This document shows, one piece after another, positions 10,709 to 19,986 of a stretch of 64,000 nucleotides of DNA. This DNA comes from an uncultured delta proteobacterium (lineage in GTDB: Bacteria > Desulfobacterota > Binatia > UBA9968). The DNA is taken from the NCBI GenBank assembly GCA_963727625.1, contig CAVSHR010000005.1, positions 544,001-608,000 of the forward strand, given 5' to 3'. Numbering within the stretch: the first letter of the stretch is position 1; every line of letters starts with the position of its first letter. Both the position numbers and the translations under genes were made by a program. The notes beneath the pieces were generated by a model. The model was given only the letters and a program-made list of their open reading frames with translations. It made no database searches and was not told where the DNA came from.

Positions 10709-11159
10709 AGCCGACCCTGAAAAAGAAAAAAAACAGCGACGAGACTTTCTGAAGCAAGCCTCGGAGATGCTCGAGGAAATGAAACGCGGTCTGATGAAAG
10801 AACTGCAGGGCCGCGTCAAGGAAGAAACCGAAGGCATCAAAGACGAAGGCCGGGACACCTATGACCTGGCAAGCGACGAACGAGACCGGGAAATTAACTT
10901 CATCCTAAACGATCGCGAGCGCGAAAAGCTCTTAGCCATCGATGAAGCTTTGCAGCGGATCGCCGACAAGAGTTATGGAATATGCGAGAGCTGCGAAGGT
11001 GAAATCCACCTCGGACGACTAAAAATTCTTCCTTTCACAAGACTATGCGTCAAGTGCCAGGAAGAAAATGAACGCGAGAACAAACGCCAAAAGACCTTAG
11101 AAAACGAACGAAGTTACCGTAAGCTCGACATCAGTGATATCGAAGAAGACGGTTTTTAG
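10701..11159 (+). CDS. dksA: DksA/TraR C4 zinc-finger protein
   Basis: DTYDLA coiled-coil tip (DxxDxA), CESC...CVKC. Confidence 0.82.
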   Translation: MAKADPEKEKKQRRDFLKQASEMLEEMKRGLMKELQGRVKEETEGIKDEGRDTYDLASDERDREINFILNDREREKLLAIDEALQRIADKSYGICESCEGEIHLGRLKILPFTRLCVKCQEENERENKRQKTLENERSYRKLDISDIEEDGF

Positions 11160-11293
11160 TAATTTTCTTTTCTCCCTAATTGAAGATCGACTTTTAACCA
11201 TTTCCCCGATTTAGAGGTTTCCAGGCTCCCCTGGTCGCCAGTGCACTTGCTCTTCGGCGTGGGGTGATCGCTATGTTCATTTGTTGGCGTGAG

Positions 11294-11325
11294 AAAAAAA
11301 TGGGCACGACTTTCATCGTGCCCAT
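11294..11325 (-). terminator. Intrinsic terminator for cassette 1
   Basis: ATGGGCACGA/TCGTGCCCAT stem followed by a T run on the minus strand. Confidence 0.85.
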
Positions 11326-11357
11326 CAAACTGCTTGATCCTTAGGTACCGAACTAGA

Positions 11358-11711
11358 TTATTCGCCTTTGGCCGGCGTAAACTCGATACTTGACAGGTAA
11401 TTCTTTTCGCCTTTGTTGGTATATTGTACCGACGCGGCCGACCCGAGACCGATGTCGGATATCTTTGCTTTACTTTCTCGAAGTTCCGTAACCTTGGTTT
11501 TCTGCGTGTAATCAAGGGTGACCAATTTGCCTTCCTTGGTAACTACGATCATGTAGTTTTTCTCCGTATCGAGCAGTCCGATATCACCCGAAATCTTCTC
11601 CGCCTTCGCCTTTGCTTTCGCGGCCTTTTTTTCTTGGGCCAACAAAGGGAATGCTCCAAAAGTTACAACCAAGGCTGCCGCGACACCATATCTTTTCAAT
11701 TGTTTCAACAT
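11358..11711 (-). CDS. Small secreted beta-rich protein (DUF5666/OB-like), cassette 1 soluble member
   Basis: Signal peptide ending LLA-QE; core GDIGLLDTEKNYMIVVTKEGK...DIGLGS; RBS GGAGG; three paralogs nearby. Confidence 0.8.
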   Translation of the reverse strand: MLKQLKRYGVAAALVVTFGAFPLLAQEKKAAKAKAKAEKISGDIGLLDTEKNYMIVVTKEGKLVTLDYTQKTKVTELRESKAKISDIGLGSAASVQYTNKGEKNYLSSIEFTPAKGE

Positions 11712-11765
11712 TAGCGAATCCCTCCTGCTTTTTAGTCAGTCGTCGTTGAAAAGCCAATAACTCGA

Positions 11766-12182
11766 TTACTCGCCCTTCGCTGGTGTGTACTCAACGTTGG
11801 AAGCAACGTTCTTTTCCCCGGACTTCGAGTAAGCCACGGTTGCCGACGAGCCAAGACCGATATCCGCGACCTTTCCGGGAGTTGGAGTCATCCGTGTGAC
11901 TTTTGATTTGTTATCAAAATCCAACGTTATCAATTTGCCTTCTTTGGTAACCAGAATCATGTAGTTCTTATCGGGATCTAAAAGGCCAACGTCGCCACGC
12001 GCCTTTTCGACCTTGCTCTTTGCGGGTGCAGGAGCCTTCGCTGTAGCTGTTGGTGCCGACAGCGCTTTTGCTGCCGGCACAGGTGCCGACTTTGAAGCCA
12101 TTTCCTCCTGGGTCGAGCAAGCAGACATTACGAACATCATCGAGACCGCTGCGAGACCCGTGACTGAAAAAATGTTTTTCAT
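11766..12182 (-). CDS. Small lipoprotein, same family, cassette 1
   Basis: Lipobox MSAC, Ala/Pro/Lys linker, core GDVGLLDPDKNY; RBS GGAGGAGG before ATG at 12182. Confidence 0.8.
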   Translation of the reverse strand: MKNIFSVTGLAAVSMMFVMSACSTQEEMASKSAPVPAAKALSAPTATAKAPAPAKSKVEKARGDVGLLDPDKNYMILVTKEGKLITLDFDNKSKVTRMTPTPGKVADIGLGSSATVAYSKSGEKNVASNVEYTPAKGE

Positions 12183-12307
12183 ACTACCTCCATCCATTGA
12201 TCGAGTTTGCATTATTTTAGCGACGGTTTTTATCGTGACACCGATGTGTTCTCAATACGCTTTAGGTATGAATTCGACCGCTCATTAGCCGGGAATCAAA
12301 TTTTTAG

Positions 12308-12323
12308 TAAGACCGGAGTCGTA
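12308..12323. promoter_or_regulatory. Candidate NarL-family operator TAAGAC-CGGA-GTCGTA
   Basis: 6-4-6 imperfect inverted repeat between divergent cassette 1 and the response regulator; recurs at 15315-15354. Confidence 0.55.
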
Positions 12324-12424
12324 TAAAGACAATTTTAAGCCAATTCAGTGATTTGCATGCGCTTCGAATTGATGTATTTTCACCTGGTGGCCATTATTCA
12401 GAGGTCCTGTGCCGCGAGGTGTCC

Positions 12425-13087
12425 ATGATGCCGATTAAAGTCGTAATCGCCGACGATCACGCGTTGTTCCGCGATGGCCTGCGCAAGATTCTTTCTCTGG
12501 AGAAAGATATCCTTGTGGTGGGGGAAGCCGGTAACGGTGACGAAGTATCGAAATTGGTTGAGAGGCTGAGACCCGATGTGCTGCTTCTCGATTTAAAAAT
12601 GCCCAAGGGCGACGTGGTGCAAAATCTTCTCGATGTCAGCGCGAGAAGTCCGGCCACTCGCGTGATGATCCTTACCGCTTTTTCAGACGAAGAAAACGTG
12701 CTGAACGCGGCCAAAGGCGGCGCCAAAGGCTATGTTCCTAAAGGGGTGCCATCGACGACTTTGTTGCAAGCGATCAAAGCCGTGCACAGCGGCGATTATT
12801 GGATCGACAGGGAGATTCCATCCTGGGAAACTTTTCAAGAAATCGTCCATGCTCAAGCGGGTTCTCGCGAGGCGCCACCACATATCGACGAGAGCGTCAA
12901 AGCGCTCACCAAGAGAGAAATGGAGATCCTGAGACTAGTCGCCGAGGGACTCACCAATGAAGAAATCGGCAAGAAAATATTCATCAGCGAAAAAACCGTA
13001 AAGACACATCTCACCAATATTTTCGACAAACTCAAAGTCAACAATCGCTTCAAGGCTGCTCTGATGCTTATGGGGCAGCATGTTTAA
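12425..13087 (+). CDS. NarL/FixJ-family response regulator (REC + LuxR HTH)
   Basis: IADDH, LLLDLKMP phospho-Asp, LTKREMEIL...SEKTVKTHLTNIFDKL. Confidence 0.95.
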   Translation: MMPIKVVIADDHALFRDGLRKILSLEKDILVVGEAGNGDEVSKLVERLRPDVLLLDLKMPKGDVVQNLLDVSARSPATRVMILTAFSDEENVLNAAKGGAKGYVPKGVPSTTLLQAIKAVHSGDYWIDREIPSWETFQEIVHAQAGSREAPPHIDESVKALTKREMEILRLVAEGLTNEEIGKKIFISEKTVKTHLTNIFDKLKVNNRFKAALMLMGQHV

Positions 13088-13160
13088 TAGATGGAGTCGT
13101 TCGAATCGAGACGATAAGGTATAGCAGCGGATTGGTTTGACCCGCCAGTATAAAAGCACG

Positions 13161-14357
13161 ATGATGACAGCGGATAAAATTACCCCGGAGGAAAGTTGGC
13201 TGCTCCGGCGGGAACGCGCCGTGGCCTTGTTGCGGGTGGTGTTTGCAGCCGTCGCTGTCCTAGTCATTCAACTCAATCCCCAACGCGTCGCCCGATTTCC
13301 GGAGTTGTCGTTAGTCTCTCTGATTTCGTTCTTCGTTTACAGCCTCGTCATTCTCTATCTTGCTTGGCGCAATAAGTTAACAACGTCGCCTCTCGGCATT
13401 CTGACAAATTCTCTTGACGTGGTATGGATCGCGGCGATCGTTTTTTCCACAGGGGGATCACGCACGCCGTTCTTCTTTTATTATTCATTTCCGGTGATCA
13501 CCGCGAGCATCCGCTGGGGGCTAAGGGGCAGCTTGCCTGTCGCCCTGGTCGGAGTGGCGCTTTACGGTATCGTCCGTATGACTCTAGCCGGTGAGTCCAT
13601 GGCTTCGCCGCTCGGTGTCGACACACTCGTTGTTCGCAGCCTGTACTTGGTTCTCTTGGCGTGCATCTTCGGATACATCAGTGAATTCGAAAAGAGACAG
13701 ATTCAACGCGTACTCGCTCTTTCTAAAACCGCCGCCCACGCGGCCGCTATCGATGAGCGACGCAGGATAATGTTCGAGCTCCATGACGGGATCTTGCAGT
13801 CGTTGGCGACGCTCATTCTGCGACTCGAAGACTGCGGAAGACGGCTCTCCGACTCGCAAAAAGAATTGGCCCACGAGCTTCACTCGCTCGAAGATGTGAC
13901 CAGAAACTCGATGAAACAGATTCGCCAGTTCCTTTCCGGCCACCAGCCCATGCCCCTGGCAGTAGGAACGCTGATTGAAAAATTACGCGAGGAGGCGCGC
14001 TTTTTACGCGACGGAATGGGCTTGGAGATCATCCTCGAAAGCGAACCGGAGGATCTTGATTTACCTGTGGACACCGAACGAGAAGTCTATTACGTGCTGC
14101 GCGAAGCCTTGACCAACGTCACCCGCCACTCCCACGCATCGAAAGTGGAAATTCATCTCAGGCGCAACAACGGCACCCTGGAAGGGTCGTTAGCCGATAA
14201 TGGCGTTGGGTTTAGCCCGGGAAATATAAGCCACGAAAATGGTTTGGGTCTGCCGGGTATGGAACAGAGGATCAAAAAAGTTGGGGGAGAACTTTCGGTG
14301 AAGTCCTCCCCCGGTCAAGGGACGAATCTTTCCTTTGCAATCTCTCTGGCGGAATAG
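13161..14357 (+). CDS. Membrane-embedded HisKA_3 (NarX/DesK-type) sensor histidine kinase
   Basis: About 5-6 TM segments, ELHDGILQ H-box, EALTNVTRH, DNGVGF, GLGLPGM. Confidence 0.92.
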   Translation: MMTADKITPEESWLLRRERAVALLRVVFAAVAVLVIQLNPQRVARFPELSLVSLISFFVYSLVILYLAWRNKLTTSPLGILTNSLDVVWIAAIVFSTGGSRTPFFFYYSFPVITASIRWGLRGSLPVALVGVALYGIVRMTLAGESMASPLGVDTLVVRSLYLVLLACIFGYISEFEKRQIQRVLALSKTAAHAAAIDERRRIMFELHDGILQSLATLILRLEDCGRRLSDSQKELAHELHSLEDVTRNSMKQIRQFLSGHQPMPLAVGTLIEKLREEARFLRDGMGLEIILESEPEDLDLPVDTEREVYYVLREALTNVTRHSHASKVEIHLRRNNGTLEGSLADNGVGFSPGNISHENGLGLPGMEQRIKKVGGELSVKSSPGQGTNLSFAISLAE

Positions 14358-14437
14358 CCGGGAAAAACGGTTCCCCATGCTTGCCCCCCGAACGGGCCAT
14401 TCCAATCGCGAGAGTTAGCCAGAGCCTGCGCGGTCCA

Positions 14438-14470
14438 GGGAGCGGGCGTGTGACGGTGGAACCCGCTCCC
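14438..14470. terminator. Hairpin between convergent kinase and cassette 2
   Basis: GGGAGCGGG...CCCGCTCCC 9-bp stem, no clear U tract. Confidence 0.4.
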
Positions 14471-14482
14471 GGTCCGGTAGGA

Positions 14483-14836
14483 TTAGTCGCGCCCTTTTTT
14501 CGCGATATATTCGATAGCGGTCAGATGATTCTTGTCGCCCTTCTTCGTATACTGAACCGAAGCGGCCGAACCCAGACCGACATCGCTCATCTTTGCTTTG
14601 CCGGGCATCATAGCGGTTACCTTGGTCTTGTTGGTGTAATCGATAGTAACCAACTTTCCCTGTTTGGTTACGATGATCATGTAATTTTTCTCGGTGTCCA
14701 ATAAACCGACGCTACCCGTGACCTTTTGCGCCTTGGCCTTCGCCGCCTTTTTTTGCTGGGCGATTGCCGGCGCTGCGATTAACGCGACCGCAAGCAATGC
14801 TGCTCCGGCAGAGATCAAATACTTTTGGCTATTCAT
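14483..14836 (-). CDS. Small secreted protein, cassette 2 soluble member
   Basis: Signal peptide ending AIA-QQ; core GSVGLLDTEKNYMIIVTKQGK; RBS GGAGG. Confidence 0.8.
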   Translation of the reverse strand: MNSQKYLISAGAALLAVALIAAPAIAQQKKAAKAKAQKVTGSVGLLDTEKNYMIIVTKQGKLVTIDYTNKTKVTAMMPGKAKMSDVGLGSAASVQYTKKGDKNHLTAIEYIAKKGRD

Positions 14837-14884
14837 TTTCGTTTGCCTCCTAATCATTGTCAACGTAACTTCTCCAGTTGAAAC

Positions 14885-15292
14885 CTAGTCTCTGCCTTTT
14901 TTAGCGTCGTACTGCAATGCGCTCGCGACATTTTTACCGCCCTTTTGGGTGTAGGTCACCGTCGCCGAAGAACCGAGCCCCACATCCGCCATTTTGGCCG
15001 CCTTGGGTGTTCGCTTGGATACCTTGGTTTTTCCGTCGAAGTCCAAGGTGATAAGCTTGCCCTCCTTGGTGACAAGAATCAGGTAGTTCTTCTCCGTATC
15101 GAGAAGACCCACGGAACCGCGCGCTTTTTCAACCTTGGCTTTAGACCGCGCTGGCGCTTTCGCCGTAGCGGCAGGCTTCGGCGCCGACGCTGGAGCCGGC
15201 TTTGCCATCATCTCTTCTTGCGTCGAACAGGCCGACAACACAAAAGCTAGTGCGATTGCCGCGACTCCGCTGACTGATATCGTTTTCTGCAT
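14885..15292 (-). CDS. Small lipoprotein, cassette 2
   Basis: Lipobox LSAC; STQEEM shared with the cassette 1 lipoprotein; RBS GGAGGAGGAG. Confidence 0.82.
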   Translation of the reverse strand: MQKTISVSGVAAIALAFVLSACSTQEEMMAKPAPASAPKPAATAKAPARSKAKVEKARGSVGLLDTEKNYLILVTKEGKLITLDFDGKTKVSKRTPKAAKMADVGLGSSATVTYTQKGGKNVASALQYDAKKGRD

Positions 15293-15312
15293 ATACTCCT
15301 CCTCCTTTTTGT

Positions 15313-15356
15313 TATACGACTTAAGTCTAATCTAATCCTAATGCATAAGTCGTATA
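15313..15356. promoter_or_regulatory. Two candidate operator boxes (TACGAC-TTAA-GTCTAA; TAATGC-ATAA-GTCGTA) within an 11-bp inverted repeat
   Basis: TATACGACTTA (15313-15323) / TAAGTCGTATA (15346-15356); minus-strand TTGACA at 15375-15380. Confidence 0.6.
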
Positions 15357-15840
15357 CTTTACGACATATCGAAATGTCAAGCGCTCTTTTCTAACCAAAC
15401 TAGGAGGGAATTGCAGCTTTACAATATCCACATACGGTCGAGCCTAAAATTAGGGTTAAAGCCACTTCAGCTAGGCATCAAACCAGGTTTGTAAATAGAC
15501 CGCCAAGGCAGCGATCCAGTGAGAAGCCCAGGTAATAGTTAGCATCGATTTGCCATCTGCATCGAAGCACCAAAGACCGAACAAGGAGAGATACCGCCGC
15601 GATGGCCAGAGCAACCCCAATAAAGTCCTACGACTTGAAGAGGTGCCCCGTTCGCTACGTTAAAGCGAGATATGTCGCCTCTGGCGCTACCAAGTTGAAC
15701 CACCTGGGTGAGAATGCAATCCTGGGCTCGCATAACGCCGCCGCTGGCTACTTTTACATTCGACTTGAGTGAATGGGCTCGGGGATAGGAAGTAAACCGC
15801 GATTTAGCGATCCAGGGCGCAAATACAGGTCACCCATTAG

Positions 15841-16083
15841 CCGGGCTTCCTCAGACCCATTTCCCGTTGCCGCTCTTGGGCTTCTCTAATCCTACACGTC
15901 AAATCAGGCCGGCTTGCCTACCCCAAAATTACACCCCGCGCGGCAGCCCAACGCCTCCAAAGTCACGTCCCCGATTCCATCGCCACACTGCGCTATATCC
16001 TGGCCCGTGCAGTCGCCAGACGACTTAATCGATGCCCATGCTGCAACGTGGTCAATCGACATTATTGAAACAGTAGTACTAAG
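15841..16083 (+). mobile_element. IS701-family transposase 3' remnant with right end
   Basis: Manual translation QSHVPDSIATLRYILARAVARRLNRCPCC resembles IS701-family C-termini; followed by TGAAACAGTAGTACTAAG, similar to IS701-type ends; left boundary approximate. Confidence 0.65.
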
Positions 16084-16273
16084 GTGCTTGCATAATTGCC
16101 GCTTCGTTCCCCAAAATTACCTAGGTTGAACTCAATTTGTCGGAGCAGGATCATTCATCGTTGGAATTCGGACAGCGGGTTCGGAACAGCGTCCGAAACC
16201 AACCACGCCAAACCGACCAGGCAAACCAATCAGTTGTGATCGCGCCGGTGTTTAATTAAACTCCCGGTTAATT

Positions 16274-17035
16274 ATGCTGGCCAAGCGAATCATTCCATGC
16301 CTCGACGTTAACGCCGGACGGGTAGTTAAGGGCGTTAAGTTTCTCGACCTGCGCGACGCCGGCGACCCGGTCGAAGCCGCGCGCGCCTACGACCGCGAAG
16401 GCGCCGACGAACTCTGCTTTCTCGACATCACTGCGTCCCACGAAAATCGCGGCATCATTCTCGACGTCGTGGCACATACCGCCGAGCAGGTTTTCATGCC
16501 GCTCACCGTTGGCGGCGGCATTAATACGACGGAGAATATCCGCGCCCTGCTTCGAGCCGGCGCCGATAAAGTCTCGATCAACACAGGCGCGGTCAATCGC
16601 CCGGAGTTCGTTCGTGAAGCGGCAGAAATGTTCGGCAGCCAGTGCATCGTCGTGGCGATCGACGCCAAGCGCGTCGGCGATCATTGGGAAGTCTTCACCC
16701 ACGGCGGTCGCAACCCGACAGGAATCGAAGCCTGCGGCTGGGCCGAACGGATGGAACGATTCGGCGCCGGCGAAATTCTCCTGACCAGCATGGACCGGGA
16801 CGGCACCAAAGCGGGTTACGATTTATCACTGACCCGAGCGATTTCCGACCGCGTTGGCATCCCCGTCATAGCTTCCGGCGGCGTAGGCAATCTCGAACAT
16901 ATTTACGAAGGGCTAACCGAAGGCGGGGCGAGCGCAGCTCTGGCGGCGTCGATCTTTCACTTCCGGGAGTACACCATTGGCGAGTGCAAAAAATACCTCG
17001 AAAGTCGCGGCGTCACGGTACGCCCGCTGCGCTGA
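16274..17035 (+). CDS. hisF: Imidazole glycerol phosphate synthase cyclase subunit
   Basis: [39 protein letters not shown]. Confidence 0.97.
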   Translation: MLAKRIIPCLDVNAGRVVKGVKFLDLRDAGDPVEAARAYDREGADELCFLDITASHENRGIILDVVAHTAEQVFMPLTVGGGINTTENIRALLRAGADKVSINTGAVNRPEFVREAAEMFGSQCIVVAIDAKRVGDHWEVFTHGGRNPTGIEACGWAERMERFGAGEILLTSMDRDGTKAGYDLSLTRAISDRVGIPVIASGGVGNLEHIYEGLTEGGASAALAASIFHFREYTIGECKKYLESRGVTVRPLR

Positions 17036-17068
17036 TACTCGTCAACTTCTCGCAATTGAAGTTGACGC

Positions 17069-18280
17069 TTAACGACCGTTCGACGACCCAGGCAAGGCAC
17101 GTTTTCGCGCCGGGTCAAAAAACGGCAATTTAACGACCCGGGCGCCAGCACTTTTCCGCTGGTGTTCGACGGTGACTTCAAGCTCGACGCGGGTTTCGAG
17201 CTGGGCAAATTCTCGATCGACAGTGGCGAGCGCAAGGTATTTTTTCAATACCGGCGACCAGGCGCCGGTGGTAGCGTAGCCTACCTGTCGGTCATCTTTG
17301 TTGAGCGGCGTGCTGCCGCGCCATGCGGCGCTTGGAAACTGCGGCGCTAAGCCGACCTGCGTGAATAAATATTCGTAGTCGCTCAGATTGACTTCCAGGC
17401 CGACGATTTGCCGGGATTCGCCATCTTGGTTAGAGCGGCGCAGCGCTTCCGCACCGACGAAGTGATCTTTCTTTAGATCGACAGTCCAGCCCAGCCCTAT
17501 TTCAAAGGGCGAATAGCGCTGCGAAGGGATCAGAGCCCTCTCCGCGCCGATGTAGTCCACTTCCAATAAAATAAAGCCCGCCTCTAAGCGAGCCACGTCG
17601 AGCGCGAGAATCCCGGCAGGCTTTATGCCGAAAACGGCGCCCTTTTCCATTGCCAAATCCCAAACTCGTTCGGCACAATCGGCCGCGAACCAAATCTCAT
17701 AGCCCAAATCGCCGGTGTAACCCGTGCGCGACACGATGACGGGAATGTTTGCGATCCGTCCCGAGCTAAAACGAAAGAATCGAAGCTTAGCCAGCTCCCC
17801 ATCGACAAGCCGTTCGAGAATTTTGAACGCATTGGGCCCCTGCAACGCCAATGCCGCAACCTGCTCGGACACCTCCTCGATCGAAACATCCAGTGCCCGT
17901 GAGTTGAGCTTGAGCCAGCGAAGGCTCGGATCGGCCAAATGGAAACGGAAGTGATTTTCCGCCAGGCGAAAGACCGTACCGTCCTGGATCACCGCGCCGT
18001 CGTCTTCGCACAGACAAGTATACAACGCCTGGCCGACCGCGCATTTCGCCGCATCGCGGGTGATCACGCGATTGACAAGCTTGAGCGCGTCGCAGCCTTT
18101 TATATCGTATTTGTAGAGCGGAGATACGTCGATCAGCCCCGCGCTGTTGCGGATCGCGTGGTATTCGTAGTCGTGCACCACTTCATAGGAACTGGCGACG
18201 AAATACCCCGACCAATTCCGCCAATTTTGGCTCAAGCAGAGCGCTGAGGTCCGTGAGTGAAAAGGTGTTCCGACCGGCAT
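17069..18280 (-). CDS. GcvT-family aminomethyltransferase-like (folate-binding) protein
   Basis: GTPFH, EYHAIRNSAGLIDVSPL, ALQGP, SRTGYTGDLGYE, RLEAG, PFFDP; no gcvH/gcvP nearby. Confidence 0.85.
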   Translation of the reverse strand: MPVGTPFHSRTSALCLSQNWRNWSGYFVASSYEVVHDYEYHAIRNSAGLIDVSPLYKYDIKGCDALKLVNRVITRDAAKCAVGQALYTCLCEDDGAVIQDGTVFRLAENHFRFHLADPSLRWLKLNSRALDVSIEEVSEQVAALALQGPNAFKILERLVDGELAKLRFFRFSSGRIANIPVIVSRTGYTGDLGYEIWFAADCAERVWDLAMEKGAVFGIKPAGILALDVARLEAGFILLEVDYIGAERALIPSQRYSPFEIGLGWTVDLKKDHFVGAEALRRSNQDGESRQIVGLEVNLSDYEYLFTQVGLAPQFPSAAWRGSTPLNKDDRQVGYATTGAWSPVLKKYLALATVDREFAQLETRVELEVTVEHQRKSAGARVVKLPFFDPARKRALPGSSNGR

Positions 18281-18390
18281 CTGTACCTTGGGATACTTAG
18301 GTTTAATTTTTGGATTCGATGAAATACCCGCTGCCGCGTTGACTTCGCAGAGGAAATTACCAAATATGCGCACTTAAGCAAATTGCAGCC

Positions 18391-19980
18391 ATGGCAAACT
18401 ACGATGCGATCATCATCGGCGGCGGCCACAACGGCCTCACCAGCGCTGCCTATTTGGCCAAAGCCGGGAAAAAAGTCTTGGTGCTGGAGCGCCGCCATGT
18501 GCTCGGCGGCGCGGCGGTAACGGAAGAGATTTACCCCGGGTTTAAATACTCCGTCTGTTCCTACGTCGTCAGTCTGCTCCGCCCCGAGGTGATTCGCGAG
18601 CTGGAGCTGCCCAATTACGACCTCGAGATTATTCCCCTCGACAGCACGCTCACACCGCTGCCCAACGGCGATTACCTCTACCGCTGCGGCGACCACGCCC
18701 AGACCCGCCGCGAGATCGCCCGCCATTCGGTGACCGACGCCGAGGCCTATGAGCAATACGGCCAGCGCATGGCGCAGATGGCGATGGCGGTAAAGCCGCT
18801 GCTCGGCATGATCCCACCGGAACCAACGAGTTGGAATCCAAAAGATCTTTTCGGACTGGCCCGTGTCGGCAGCCATTTTCACAGCCTCGGGGAAAAGCTT
18901 TTTTACGATCTGACCAAGCTCATGACCGCAAGCTCGGCGGACTTTCTCGACGAGTGGTTCGAAACCGAGGCGCTCAAAGCCACCATGTCGGCGAGCGGTA
19001 TTATCGGCACGTTCATGGGCCCGCGCTCGCCTGGGACTGCCTATGTCCTGCTGCATCACTACATGGGCGAGCTCGACGGCGCCTTTCGCTCCTGGGGCTT
19101 TGCTCGCGGCGGCATGGGCTCGATCAGCCGGGTAATCGCCGACGCGGCGCGCCACCACGGTGCCGAGATTAAAACCCGCGCGGCGGTGGATCGGATATTG
19201 GTAAAGAACGGCCGCGCCTACGGCGTGGCACTCGCATCCGGCGAAGAACTCAATGCCAAAGTGATCGTTTCCGGCGTCGATCCAAAGAGGACATTTTTGA
19301 AAATGGTCGACGCCGGCCAGCTCGACCCCGACTTTCAAAGTCAGGTGAGTAATTTCAAAATTCGCGGCTCCTCGGCCAAGGTGAATCTTGCGCTCGATGG
19401 GCTACCCAGCTTCACCAGCATGCCCGGCATTGGCCCGCACCTCGCCGGCGCGATCTCGATCAGCCCAAGCCTCGACTATATCGAGCGCGCCTACGACGAC
19501 GCCAAATACGGCGATTTCTCGCGCCATCCCTACATGGACATTATTTTGCCGTCGATGCTCGACCCATCCATGGCGCCGCCGGGGAAGCATGTCATGTCCA
19601 TCTTCGTGCAATACGCGCCCTACCACTTGAGCAGTGGCAGCTGGCCGGAAAAACGCGAAGCTCTCGGGGATGCGGTCATCAACACTTTGAGCGAATACGC
19701 GCCCAATTTAAAAAACATTATGCTCCACCGCCAGGTAGTCACGCCTTGGGATCTTGAACAGGAGTTCGGCCTGACCGAGGGAAATATTTTTCAAGGCGAG
19801 CTCACGCTTGACCAATTATTCTTTCTTCGTCCCATTCCCGGTTGGGCGAAATATCGCACACCGATCAAAAACCTATACATGTGCGGCGCCTGCACCCACC
19901 CCGGCGGCGGCGTGATGGCCGCTTCGGGGCGGTTGGCAGCTTTAGAAATATTAAAAGACTTAAGCAGGAGCCCGTTCTAA
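18391..19980 (+). CDS. Phytoene-dehydrogenase-like (COG1233) FAD oxidoreductase, copy A
   Basis: GGGHNG, LERR..GGA, C-terminal YRTPIKNLYMCGACTHPGGGV. Confidence 0.88.
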   Translation: MANYDAIIIGGGHNGLTSAAYLAKAGKKVLVLERRHVLGGAAVTEEIYPGFKYSVCSYVVSLLRPEVIRELELPNYDLEIIPLDSTLTPLPNGDYLYRCGDHAQTRREIARHSVTDAEAYEQYGQRMAQMAMAVKPLLGMIPPEPTSWNPKDLFGLARVGSHFHSLGEKLFYDLTKLMTASSADFLDEWFETEALKATMSASGIIGTFMGPRSPGTAYVLLHHYMGELDGAFRSWGFARGGMGSISRVIADAARHHGAEIKTRAAVDRILVKNGRAYGVALASGEELNAKVIVSGVDPKRTFLKMVDAGQLDPDFQSQVSNFKIRGSSAKVNLALDGLPSFTSMPGIGPHLAGAISISPSLDYIERAYDDAKYGDFSRHPYMDIILPSMLDPSMAPPGKHVMSIFVQYAPYHLSSGSWPEKREALGDAVINTLSEYAPNLKNIMLHRQVVTPWDLEQEFGLTEGNIFQGELTLDQLFFLRPIPGWAKYRTPIKNLYMCGACTHPGGGVMAASGRLAALEILKDLSRSPF

Positions 19981-19986
19981 CCCGCC

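Noticed and set aside
18232-19338. 368-aa minus-strand ORF (also 22203-23321, 40245-41138, 55311-56393)
   Set aside because: Antisense shadows of clearly identifiable genes.
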